Shown in pieces: positions 8,305 to 17,476 of a DNA stretch of 32,000 nucleotides. Where the stretch lies: NCBI GenBank assembly GCA_021498095.1, contig JAIZWK010000001.1, forward strand, positions 2,400,001 to 2,432,000. The letters are read 5' to 3'. Made by a program: the position numbers and the translations under genes. Below the pieces are notes generated by a model. That model saw only the letters and a list, made by a program, of their open reading frames with translations, was not told the origin of the DNA and searched no databases. Source of the DNA: Candidatus Harpocratesius repetitus. Lineage in GTDB: Archaea > Asgardarchaeota > Lokiarchaeia > Sigyniarchaeales > Promethearchaeaceae. Numbering within the stretch: the first letter of the stretch is position 1; each line of letters starts with the position of its first letter.

Positions 8305-9426
8305 TCAAAGGTTTTGGAATACAAGACAATAATGATGGTGAACGTTAGAAATATAGGTAGTTGGATAACCCCAGATTCCCATAAATTTCTGATCCTGACA
8401 CCAAATAAATTCTTGTTTTAGAGATAAGTTCTTTCCAAGGATTTTAGCAAAATCCCAAGCGACTGGTCTCATATTACCTTCTTTATCGCGAATGTTTTGT
8501 AATATAATAATGAAATAACCTTCCTTTTCTACAATTTGAGAGATATTTGAGAATATTTCGCTTAAATTATTTAAATACTTATCATAATCATCAATATTAC
8601 CAAAATCCTTTTCATCATCGCTATATTTCTCATCAAAACCTTGTTCAACCCTCTGTTTTAAAGCAGATTTTACACCTCCTCTTGATGTTCCTAGCATATT
8701 CCAGTAAGGTGGTGATGTAACTACACATTTCATCTTAGGTAACTTCATTTCTTTCCATATTTTAACAGTATTTCGACAATCATCATTGATAACGATATAT
8801 TGTGTTTTTGACTCTTCTTTATTAAAAAATGAATCTAAAGTTTTTTGATTGTCAACAGAACGCTTTTGTGCATAAGAAGCGTATTCCGGATTTAATTCTA
8901 TGCCGAAACAATTTCTATCTAAATCTCTACAAGCAACTAAAGTCGAACCAATTCCAAGAAATGGATCAAAAACCCAATCACCTTCTTTTGAAAAAAATTC
9001 AATGAAATGTCGTGCAAGTGCAGGAGGATAACTTGCAGGATGATTTTTAATTTCTTTAGGAATATCTGAAGGTTTTCCATCTACTATAAGCCAACTCTTT
9101 GTATGTCTTAACCATTCTTTACCTGTTAGATTGTTTAAAGAGTTTCTTTCATCATATTCCCCTTTTTTTTCACATTTATATTGAATTTCTCTTGTTTCTT
9201 TAGCCAAAAGACGAAACAGTTTAGCACTATTAATAAAATCCCCTTTTTCAAAAAGTTTTCTAGTTTCATTTACTAAATCGAGTATTTCATTATTCTTTCT
9301 ATTAATTATATCTGAAGAATTGCTTTTAAAATTAGGATTTTTATCAATCTCATCAAGAATTTCTTTAGGAATAACCCATCTTTTTTGTTTTCCTTTCTTT
9401 TTAGAATTCAACTGGTTTTCACTCAT
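8305..9426 (-). CDS. DNA amino-methyltransferase (probably m4C), circularly permuted motif order
   Basis: HPASYPP, DPFLGIGST (motif I), GIELNPEY, then VTSPPY (motif IV); start overlaps the upstream gene's stop (ATGA, 9423-9426). Confidence 0.88.
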   Translation of the reverse strand: MSENQLNSKKKGKQKRWVIPKEILDEIDKNPNFKSNSSDIINRKNNEILDLVNETRKLFEKGDFINSAKLFRLLAKETREIQYKCEKKGEYDERNSLNNLTGKEWLRHTKSWLIVDGKPSDIPKEIKNHPASYPPALARHFIEFFSKEGDWVFDPFLGIGSTLVACRDLDRNCFGIELNPEYASYAQKRSVDNQKTLDSFFNKEESKTQYIVINDDCRNTVKIWKEMKLPKMKCVVTSPPYWNMLGTSRGGVKSALKQRVEQGFDEKYSDDEKDFGNIDDYDKYLNNLSEIFSNISQIVEKEGYFIIILQNIRDKEGNMRPVAWDFAKILGKNLSLKQEFIWCQDQKFMGIWGYPTTYISNVHHHYCLVFQNL

Positions 9427-11075
9427 AATTCATCCCATGTTTGTCCGCTAAAATAGACAATTCTTTTGTTTATTTGAATTTTTATAGAACTACATTTTTC
9501 TATCACATTTTTATCGACCAAATCTTGATAAATTGTGTCTTCTTCCGTCAATTGCATTGGTAAATCTTGAATTTTTATCGTTTTTCCAAAATTTTCATTA
9601 ATTTTTCTATATAAGGATATTTCTTCTGCACTTTTACTTGTCACAGGTATATATGTTGTTTCATTTAATTTTGATAGATATTCTTTTCCTTTTTCAGTAA
9701 TTCCTACTATGGATGTAATTTTGTACCCTCTACTTATAATTTCAATTGGATCAGATAAATTATTTGGTATTTTATCTATACTTTCGACATTATTGGATTT
9801 TTTCCACCCTTGTGTTTCAAGATCAATTAATCCGATTGTAAAAGCCCAACCAAACATCCTTCTTGTGAAATTGTTTACTCTTTTCTTGTATTTATTATAT
9901 GTGAGAGGAATATAATCTTTAGTTTTATTGTTCCAAATAATATATTTTTTTTGCAAAATTTTGTTAATTTCTTTAATCCTTTGTTTTTTATTCGGTATTT
10001 CCAATAATCTTTCAACTCCAATCAAAGCATTTCTTAAATTTTCAGGTGTTTCCTGCAAAGTAGTTAGAATATAAAAACCTAAAAGATATTGATGAATTGA
10101 AATATTATAACCTTTTTTTTCAAGCTCATTAAGAATCCAGAGCATGATGTAAAAGGGTCTAGCTTTCATATACATATATTCGGAATAATTTGTTAAATCT
10201 TGCTCACAATTAAAAATACCATAATTTACTATCGATTCAGTTAATAATCGTCGTCTTTCCTTTTCTTTTTGCGAGATATTTTCAAGAGATTCGTAATTAT
10301 TATCAATAAAATTTCCATCACAGATAATTTCCCCCTTATTTGTAATTTTATAAGAGTAATTAAATGTACCCCCTGATTCGCTTACTTCTCTCGTTTTAGA
10401 CACTAATCCAATATAATTGGCAAAATCAAGGGAATCCCTTATTTCTTCTTTTGAACCGCGCTTAGTCTTCGAAGATGCTCTTGGAATAAAACTTATGGGA
10501 ATATCATAAGTGATTTGTTTTAGTAGAGATAAATTACTTGATATATTACTTATGGTATTGTTATTCATACAAAAATGGGAAATTAATCTAAAAAATGCTT
10601 TAGATTCATATGCATTTTTAGGAAAATGCAAAAATGCAAGATTTACTCTTTTATCTGTGTTCTTTTGCCTATATCTTGGCATATATAGTACTTCAAAAGG
10701 ATTTGTATATTCAAAAGAATTAAATTTAAAATTATTAAAAAATTTACATATTTCAGAATATATAAACGGAGGAAGTGCATCTTTTTTAATAATTGTTTCA
10801 ATTGGAGTATAAATTCTACGAACTATTGCGAAATTTTGAGTTTCTTCTTCCCAACAAACAGCATACAAATATTCATAAGTCTTTGATCGAAGTTCTTTTC
10901 GAATTTCTTTTATTTTTTCGCTATTAATAATATTCGTTGATTTTGATATTACTTGTTCATTAAAATCATTCAATTGTATTATATTTCCATTAGTTGGAAA
11001 ACCCTTCTTTTCAAAAAATTTAATTAAATCATCAGAGGATTTTATCATTTTAAATTTTATTTCTCTCACCTTCAT
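9423..11075 (-). CDS. 550-aa hypothetical protein with repeated winged-helix-like segments; candidate DNA-specificity subunit
   Basis: Two helix-GL[VI]...IT.KG segments (DFANYIGLV...YKITNKG; FGWAFTIGLI...GITEKGKEYL) and RPFYIMLWIL, reminiscent of FokI/AlwI-type recognition domains; TAATG overlap with helicase gene; no PD-(D/E)xK or HNH motif recognised. Confidence 0.55.
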   Translation of the reverse strand: MKVREIKFKMIKSSDDLIKFFEKKGFPTNGNIIQLNDFNEQVISKSTNIINSEKIKEIRKELRSKTYEYLYAVCWEEETQNFAIVRRIYTPIETIIKKDALPPFIYSEICKFFNNFKFNSFEYTNPFEVLYMPRYRQKNTDKRVNLAFLHFPKNAYESKAFFRLISHFCMNNNTISNISSNLSLLKQITYDIPISFIPRASSKTKRGSKEEIRDSLDFANYIGLVSKTREVSESGGTFNYSYKITNKGEIICDGNFIDNNYESLENISQKEKERRRLLTESIVNYGIFNCEQDLTNYSEYMYMKARPFYIMLWILNELEKKGYNISIHQYLLGFYILTTLQETPENLRNALIGVERLLEIPNKKQRIKEINKILQKKYIIWNNKTKDYIPLTYNKYKKRVNNFTRRMFGWAFTIGLIDLETQGWKKSNNVESIDKIPNNLSDPIEIISRGYKITSIVGITEKGKEYLSKLNETTYIPVTSKSAEEISLYRKINENFGKTIKIQDLPMQLTEEDTIYQDLVDKNVIEKCSSIKIQINKRIVYFSGQTWDEL

Positions 11076-14000
11076 TATTTTCTAAAAATTATCATGGATT
11101 TCATTTCTAATTTAATATCATCATGCTTAAGTAATTTTGATGTGTATTGGGAAAATTTTTCGGTTTGATTTTCTAAAAACGCATCAAATTTTTGTATTTC
11201 CGAAAGAATTTTATATGGATTTGCAGGGGGATTTTTATTTTTATATTTTTCAATTAATTTATTTAAAATATCTCTATATTCATTAAGTATTATCTTATTC
11301 ATAGAAAATGAAAGGAAAAGATGGAATTTTTCCCATAATTTTTTCTGCGCTTGTTTTACTGATTCAATATTGGTAGTATTTAAGAAATCTGTCATTCTTG
11401 GATAAAAATACTTTTTCACTAAAGTGTTTAATTCCGTTTTTTTATTTTCGATTGATTTTTCTTTAACTGTATATTTCAAACTATACTTTTTTATGATTTC
11501 TTCTTTTTCACTTTTAAAAATCTTTTTAATTTTTTCTAGATCAAGATAATCTTGTTCGGATAGTTTTCTATCTTTATCTTCTTTATCTTCTTTATCAAAA
11601 TTAATTAAATCATAAATCTTGATAGATTCATCATTAAAGGAATAACTCTTCTTTATATTATAGTAGAAATTTTTTAAAAATTGTTCGGATTGTAAATAAG
11701 TAATAACTTTAGCATTGAGATCTGATTTAAAAATAGTAAAATATTTCTTTCGATATTTTGGAACGAACAGATCTCTAAGCTTAATACCAAAAACATCTGT
11801 CATTTTTATTAGGAATTTGTCTAAATTACTAAATCTTAGGGCAATATCTTCAGAATTTTCTTGTTGGAAAGATAGATCTGTAATCTTTTTTATTTTATTT
11901 ATAATTTCACACATGCTATCTCTTTGATTTTGTATTATATCTAATTGTTCTTCAAGTGTAAGAATACAATATTCAGTCCCTATTGCTAGGGCTATATTCT
12001 TTATTTTTGATTTGACTTTTGTTAAAAACCTTTCGAGAAATTCAATATTATTATCAGGAATGAAATTTGCGACAAATATATCCTTAATATTAGTAATTCG
12101 ATCAACTCTTCCAATTCTTTGAATCATTTTTACAGGATTCCAAGGAATATCATAATTAATAACCCAATCTGCTTCTGGGATATTGAACCCTTCGCTCAAT
12201 ACATCAGTAGAAATTAAAAACTGATTTTTTTTTTCCATTTTAAATAATTCTAAAACATTAAAACGCTCAGGTTTAGATAATGCTCCGGTTATCAATAAAG
12301 AATTTTCTATGTTATCATGTAGATAATGTGCAGTATCTGCATATTGAGTGAAAATTAGGAATTTAGTATCTGAATGTTTCAAATTGTATCCTTCAAATTT
12401 AATCAGTAATCCTGGATTCGAAAGGAATGTTTTTAACAAGAGTATTTTTTCATCAATTTTGAAAACATTTGATAGTTTCATTCTTTTTTCTTTATTAATT
12501 TCTTGCTGGAAGTTATTTTCTTTAAAAACTAAATAATTTAAGATATTTAGGATATAATCGTATTTATCAAGAATTTTATCAAAATCAGTTAATTTTTTAA
12601 TAGTATTTATAATTTTTTCCATTTTTTTCTTAAAGTTATCATTATTTTCTCTGATTTCTGATAAAATATTCTTATACCCGCTACCTAATATTAATTCTAT
12701 TAAAAATAATTCATTATCAATGAAATAATATATTTTATCATCTGAAATATTTTTAATATTAAATAGCATATTTTTAATTAAATTCAAATCGTAAAATATT
12801 TTAGAGATAACCATAGATAGTTCATCTTCATCTAATTTCAGCAATTCAATCCATTTTTCTGAGATTTGGTTCAAATCAAATTCTTCATTTTCATCTTCTT
12901 TTAAATTAATTAGAATTTTATCTAAAAGGGTCTTCTGTTCTAAAAATTTAATATTTCCATTATCAATATCTTCTTCTTTTTCTTTCTCGTCCTTGCTTTC
13001 ATGAATTCTATAATGAAAAGAAGAGTATATAAAAATTAAAATCGTCATTTCCGACAATAATAAGTTTGATATTGAAGTAAAAAAGGAATAGGGAGAACTT
13101 TCCAATCTTTTTGCTAAAAAAATGTAATAGAATGTGTGAAATTGAGTATCATCTTTTAATGGATCAACATGAGGTAAATTTAGGTCCACAATCATATCTC
13201 TAGTTTCTTTGAAGAGCGAAGAAAATGATGGATTTTGAATTTTGTATTCAAGAGGTTGTAAAATTGGATCTTTTATACTAACATCATTATTTTTTATTTG
13301 ATAATATTCTTTTTTCATCTTTTTCAAATCAAGTCTACTTGTTTGAACAAATAGTGCTTTTCTTATCTTTTTTATTTGTTCCTTTTGAGACAACATAATA
13401 TCTTGATTCATTAAGAGAAATGCTGAAAGTTCATCTTCATTTGTAATTTTCCTCATTGGATTCTCTATTTTTTTTACAAATTCTGATAATTGGTGATATT
13501 CAGCTTCAATATCATTCTGCTTAAATTGATTTTCATCATGGAATATTGATATGATATTATAGATATCTATATAGGAATTATTCATAGGGGTTGCTGTTAA
13601 TAAAATGAATTTCGTCCCAATTTTGGGAATTTTAATCAAATTTTTATAACGATTTGATGTATTGTTTCTAAAATTATGAACTTCATCTATTAAAACCACA
13701 TCATAATGTTTATTTATTTCAAAATCTGAAATTCCAAATGAATACATTGAAATAATATCGATTCGATGGTCTAAAGGTGATATTTGAAACTCTCTTAGAT
13801 AATCTTCCCATTGTTTAATAATCCCTGGTGGTAAAATTAATAAAATTTTTATTTCTTTATAGATCAAATAGTCTGCAAGCAATTTACAAGCGATATAACT
13901 CTTTCCAAGCCCCACTGAACTTGTAATCATAACTCCATTAAAATTCTTCAAAATTTCTTTAGCTCGTTGATAATCTACTTTCTGAAATGGCAATAATTCA

Positions 14001-14788
14001 ATTTTCTCTTCAAGTAAGTATTCTTTGTTCCAATCTAAAATTTGTTGGATTATGAATTTTTTTGGATGAAAATATTTCCATTCTACTTTTTTTTTTTTTT
14101 TTTTAAATTTCGGTGTTGATTCGATAATTCGCAAGATTTTATCATTATAGTCTTGTGAAGATTGCCACAATTCATGAAAATAATTTGTTAGCCACTGATT
14201 CTCTTCCTTAGAATTAAAAACGGCATTTAATTCCACATTAGTTCTTAAACCTGATGTAGATAAATTAGAAGAGCCGAAAATCCCTTTATCATCTAAAGTA
14301 CCACCAAATTCTTCAGGTAAAACCCTATGAAATAAATATAGTTTTGTATGAAGTTTAGATTGGTCAAAAATTTTCACTTTTATTATCCCATCTTGAATAT
14401 TTTCGTAAAATGAGATTAATCCATCAAAATTTTTATCTGATAATGAAATGATTTCATCTTTAATCTTAGAATACAAGGTTTTACTATTATACCTAGGAAT
14501 ATGAGAATATTTCAATGTCGATTTTGTAAGTTTATCGGTGTGATCTCCGATAATCAATAAAAATGGTGCTGAAGTTCCATAAAGTTCGATATAAGATTCA
14601 TTATCGATACGATTTAAATTGATTTTTTCATATATTTCATTATAACCGGATAAAAAAAAGAACCCAGTTGCAATTTTCACTTCTTTACAACCTTGTAAAT
14701 ATTTTTTTATCACATCCCCTAATTTGATTTTTCTATTATCGATAAAAGTTGGAATATCAATTAATTCAGAATTTACTTTTGAATTCAT
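11075..14788 (-). CDS. PLD-family nuclease fused to SF2 (SNF2-related) helicase/ATPase, 1237 aa
   Basis: LHTKLY and GSSNLSTSGLRTNVELN (PLD); SSVGLGKS (Walker A), LIDEVHNFRN, LLTATPMNN, IFTQYADTA, STDVLSEGFN, NYDIPWNPVKMIQRIGRVDR. Confidence 0.9.
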   Translation of the reverse strand: MNSKVNSELIDIPTFIDNRKIKLGDVIKKYLQGCKEVKIATGFFFLSGYNEIYEKINLNRIDNESYIELYGTSAPFLLIIGDHTDKLTKSTLKYSHIPRYNSKTLYSKIKDEIISLSDKNFDGLISFYENIQDGIIKVKIFDQSKLHTKLYLFHRVLPEEFGGTLDDKGIFGSSNLSTSGLRTNVELNAVFNSKEENQWLTNYFHELWQSSQDYNDKILRIIESTPKFKKKKKKVEWKYFHPKKFIIQQILDWNKEYLLEEKIELLPFQKVDYQRAKEILKNFNGVMITSSVGLGKSYIACKLLADYLIYKEIKILLILPPGIIKQWEDYLREFQISPLDHRIDIISMYSFGISDFEINKHYDVVLIDEVHNFRNNTSNRYKNLIKIPKIGTKFILLTATPMNNSYIDIYNIISIFHDENQFKQNDIEAEYHQLSEFVKKIENPMRKITNEDELSAFLLMNQDIMLSQKEQIKKIRKALFVQTSRLDLKKMKKEYYQIKNNDVSIKDPILQPLEYKIQNPSFSSLFKETRDMIVDLNLPHVDPLKDDTQFHTFYYIFLAKRLESSPYSFFTSISNLLLSEMTILIFIYSSFHYRIHESKDEKEKEEDIDNGNIKFLEQKTLLDKILINLKEDENEEFDLNQISEKWIELLKLDEDELSMVISKIFYDLNLIKNMLFNIKNISDDKIYYFIDNELFLIELILGSGYKNILSEIRENNDNFKKKMEKIINTIKKLTDFDKILDKYDYILNILNYLVFKENNFQQEINKEKRMKLSNVFKIDEKILLLKTFLSNPGLLIKFEGYNLKHSDTKFLIFTQYADTAHYLHDNIENSLLITGALSKPERFNVLELFKMEKKNQFLISTDVLSEGFNIPEADWVINYDIPWNPVKMIQRIGRVDRITNIKDIFVANFIPDNNIEFLERFLTKVKSKIKNIALAIGTEYCILTLEEQLDIIQNQRDSMCEIINKIKKITDLSFQQENSEDIALRFSNLDKFLIKMTDVFGIKLRDLFVPKYRKKYFTIFKSDLNAKVITYLQSEQFLKNFYYNIKKSYSFNDESIKIYDLINFDKEDKEDKDRKLSEQDYLDLEKIKKIFKSEKEEIIKKYSLKYTVKEKSIENKKTELNTLVKKYFYPRMTDFLNTTNIESVKQAQKKLWEKFHLFLSFSMNKIILNEYRDILNKLIEKYKNKNPPANPYKILSEIQKFDAFLENQTEKFSQYTSKLLKHDDIKLEMKSMIIFRK
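14087..14104 (-). repeat. In-frame A18 homopolymer (T18 on +) encoding KKKKKK between PLD and helicase domains
   Basis: 18 consecutive T at 14087-14104; codons about 229-234 (TPKFKKKKKKVEW). Confidence 0.9.
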
Positions 14789-15774
14789 TTATTTCACATT
14801 TTTAATTGGAGCGATATTATCCTTTATTTCTTATTTCTTTAAAGTCTTACTTTGGCTTCTTCTCTTTATAATAACATTATTTTACATTCAATTCAGAGAT
14901 TTGATCTAACATTAATTGAAATATCTCTCTCTTCGTTGTTTTGGTCAAATAATCTATCATTATTTTTCTATACTGATATATTCGACGTTAAATTATTTAC
15001 ATTTAAATTTAGAAAAAAAACTCTCACATCCATCTAATTTCGGAAGTAAAACAGATTCCAATTGAATCTTATAACCAATTTCTTAAAATAATGATACAAA
15101 TGCAAAAATATTTTTGAATTTTTGGTTGTCATCTTAAATCATTTTAACTTATTTTTAATGATATATGTTGACAAAATCCGATTTAATTGTTATAATAAAT
15201 CAATGCAGAGAAATTGCTTATTTTTAAATAACTTGATAAAACCATATCAAATCATTATATGGAATGATATATATGGAAAATTCTAAGTAAAAAAATAAGC
15301 TAGTCAGTTAAGAGAAGTTAAACCATCCCCCGTTTCTTTTCGCACCATCAGATATTCAGAAAAACAAAAAATGCAAGGAATTATTTTAGAATTTTATCAT
15401 AATTACCGGAGTAATACATTAACCTATCTAAATTGCTTGGGTGGGGAATCCCTTTTAGAAGATTGCTTGATGGTGCTACTCGAACACTCACAAGAAGTTA
15501 TAAAGTACCTTCCATAAGCAAATCCGATTTCAGAAAATAAAGAAACGAAAAAATTAGAATATAAACTTCATAAATTTCAAACCTTGAAAAAAAGGGAAAT
15601 AAGATAATTCTTACTTTGATTTGAAAATTCATCAATTTTTGGTTTAAAATCAAAAATTAATTACTCAAACTCATAAAATTTTTTTTATATGAAACATTAT
15701 TGCTTTCAACTACTGTAAAATATTCTTATCTTTATTATTATTTTACATGGTTTTAAACATAATTGGTGAACATT

Positions 15775-16230
15775 TTGGCTCGAATGCATTCACGTAAGAA
15801 AGGAAGTTCGGGGTCTACTCGACCAGCAAAGCTAGAAATTTTGCCATGGTTCCCTCACAATGCCGAAGAAGTTGAAGCAAAAGTCATCGAATTGGCAAGG
15901 AAGGGGGAGTCCATGTCTCGGATCGGAATTGAGCTTCGAGATAGTTTTGGTACACCCTTAGTAAAAATAATTACTGGAAAGAAGATTTCCCAAATATTGC
16001 GGGAAAATGATCTTCTTCCGAAGATTCCTGAAGATGTGCTATTTTTGTCGCGAAAAGCGGTAAATATCCGCCATCATTTAGAAGAGAATAAGAAAGATTT
16101 AGAAGCCCGAAAGGGATTAAATCGGACAGAATCGAAAATACGTCGCTTAGTGAAATACTATCGACGGAAGGGAGTGTTGCCCCCTGATTTTAAGTATGAT
16201 CCGGAGAAGATCAAGATTTTCCTCCGATAA
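15775..16230 (+). CDS. rps15: 30S ribosomal protein uS15 (S15P/S13e)
   Basis: MARMHSRKKGSSGSTRP...IPEDV..L..KAVNIRHHLEENKKD...ESKIRRLVKYY; TTG start at 15775 with GGTGA 5 nt upstream (track start 15763 is probably too early). Confidence 0.97.
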   Translation: MARMHSRKKGSSGSTRPAKLEILPWFPHNAEEVEAKVIELARKGESMSRIGIELRDSFGTPLVKIITGKKISQILRENDLLPKIPEDVLFLSRKAVNIRHHLEENKKDLEARKGLNRTESKIRRLVKYYRRKGVLPPDFKYDPEKIKIFLR

Positions 16231-16250
16231 GCGAACGGTGATGAAAAAAT

Positions 16251-17123
16251 ATGTCAAGTAGAGCTCATAAAGGTCGAAAAGGCAAGCGTGCGCGAGGAAA
16301 AACCATTGATAGTTGGAAATCCAAAGAATGGTATGAAGTTTTTGCTCCGAAAGCCTTTAAAGAAGCATTTTTAGGGGAAATTCCGTCATCCACTCCCGAT
16401 TCTTTAGTAGGGCGGACCATCGAAATTTTATTGTATGATTTAACCAAAAATTTTAAACATACAACTATTAAGCTTAAATTTAAGATTGTTGATGTTCAAG
16501 GAAAGCGTTGTAATACAGTTTTCTTTGGACATGAATTGACTCGAGATTTTGTAAGGTCTTTGATTCATAGAGGTTCAAGCCGAGTGGATGGAATTTTCAA
16601 CTATACTACCGCCGATGGTGTTGTTTATCGGGTAAGTACATTTGTTGTTACTCGACGGCGTGCGAAGAGGTCTCAGAAGTTAACCATTCGGAAGATAATT
16701 CATGATGTTTTACAAGAATTTGCCAAAAATATGACGCATGAGAAATTTATTCAAGGTGTGATATATGGTAAGTTTGCGTTAAACATTAAGAAGATTGCAA
16801 AAACAATTTATCCACTTCGGGAATGTCAAATTCGGAAAGTGAAAGTAATCAGTATTCCTGAAGGAGTTACAGATCAAATTGAAGTAAGCGATCAAGAAGA
16901 ATTTGATGAAGTTGAGATAGAATTAAAAGAGCATGGGAAAACGGTAAAGGCAAAGAAACATCAGAAGCATCACGAGCATGAAGCCGAAGAAGGAGAAATG
17001 GGTGAAGGTGAAGGTGCTGCTGATTCTGAGGGATCTGAAGCCGTGGAACCAAGTGAAAGCAGTGAAAGCAGTGAAACAGGCGAAAGTACTGATTCAAGCA
17101 ACTCAGAAAAATCAAATGAATAA
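16251..17123 (+). CDS. rps3ae: 30S ribosomal protein eS1 (S3Ae) with long acidic C-terminal extension
   Basis: DSWKSKEWYEVFAP, GRTIEILLYDLT, GHELTRDFVRSLIHRGSSRVD, KTIYPLRECQIRKVKV; GGTGA upstream. Confidence 0.96.
   Translation: MSSRAHKGRKGKRARGKTIDSWKSKEWYEVFAPKAFKEAFLGEIPSSTPDSLVGRTIEILLYDLTKNFKHTTIKLKFKIVDVQGKRCNTVFFGHELTRDFVRSLIHRGSSRVDGIFNYTTADGVVYRVSTFVVTRRRAKRSQKLTIRKIIHDVLQEFAKNMTHEKFIQGVIYGKFALNIKKIAKTIYPLRECQIRKVKVISIPEGVTDQIEVSDQEEFDEVEIELKEHGKTVKAKKHQKHHEHEAEEGEMGEGEGAADSEGSEAVEPSESSESSETGESTDSSNSEKSNE
17052..17087 (+). repeat. 9-bp coding tandem repeat (AGTGAAAGC-like x4; SES SES SET GES)
   Basis: Units at 17052, 17061, 17070, 17079 within the eS1 tail. Confidence 0.8.
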
Positions 17124-17177
17124 TTTGAACCAATACATTGAACCAATATATGACGTTTCAAGTAGATAGATCGAAAT

Positions 17178-17205
17178 ACAAAGACAAAGACAAAAACAAA
17201 AACAA
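17178..17205. repeat. 6-bp intergenic repeat ACAAAG/ACAAAA x4.7
   Basis: ACAAAG ACAAAG ACAAAA ACAAAA ACAA. Confidence 0.75.
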
Positions 17206-17213
17206 TTCACGTC

Positions 17214-17222
17214 TTTTTTTTT
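17214..17222 (+). terminator. Probable oligo-U terminator of the rps15-rps3ae transcript (T9)
   Basis: T9 about 90 bp after the rps3ae stop, in a convergent intergenic region. Confidence 0.4.
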
Positions 17223-17364
17223 ATTTCTGTTTTTATAATCATAAATTTGCTAATTAGATGGGTAAAATCTGCGAAGTTTTAAAATGCGTGAGAAATCTGA
17301 ACAATATAAAAATTCTCACTCTAATTAATTTTGAATTGCGTAATAATCGGATAGAATAAAAAAA

Positions 17365-17406
17365 TATGCAAGAATGAGCATGTAAGAATGAGTATGCAAG
17401 AATGAG
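17365..17406. repeat. 14-bp intergenic tandem repeat (T/C)ATG(C/T)AAGAATGAG x3
   Basis: 17365-17378, 17379-17392, 17393-17406. Confidence 0.9.
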
Positions 17407-17476
17407 AAGGATTTAGTTTTCAAGAAGAGTTTTTCATGTTCAAAATTTTTAGTTCAAGGTTTCAATTTCATAGTTT

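Larger units (their letters stand above)
2071..14788. other. Defence island (CBASS-like module + RM-like helicase/MTase module)
   Basis: Contiguous defence-type genes, flanked by decayed sequence on the left and about 1 kb of gene-free DNA on the right; no integrase seen. Confidence 0.8.

Noticed and set aside
8305-14788. Assignment to DISARM, BREX, or type I/III RM
   Set aside because: No DrmA/DrmB-like second helicase, PglZ, BrxC, HsdS or Mod-type gene was recognised in the operon.
300-15774. Integrative element with att sites or transposase
   Set aside because: No integrase, transposase, tRNA or matching terminal repeat was found by eye, so it is reported only as a defence island.
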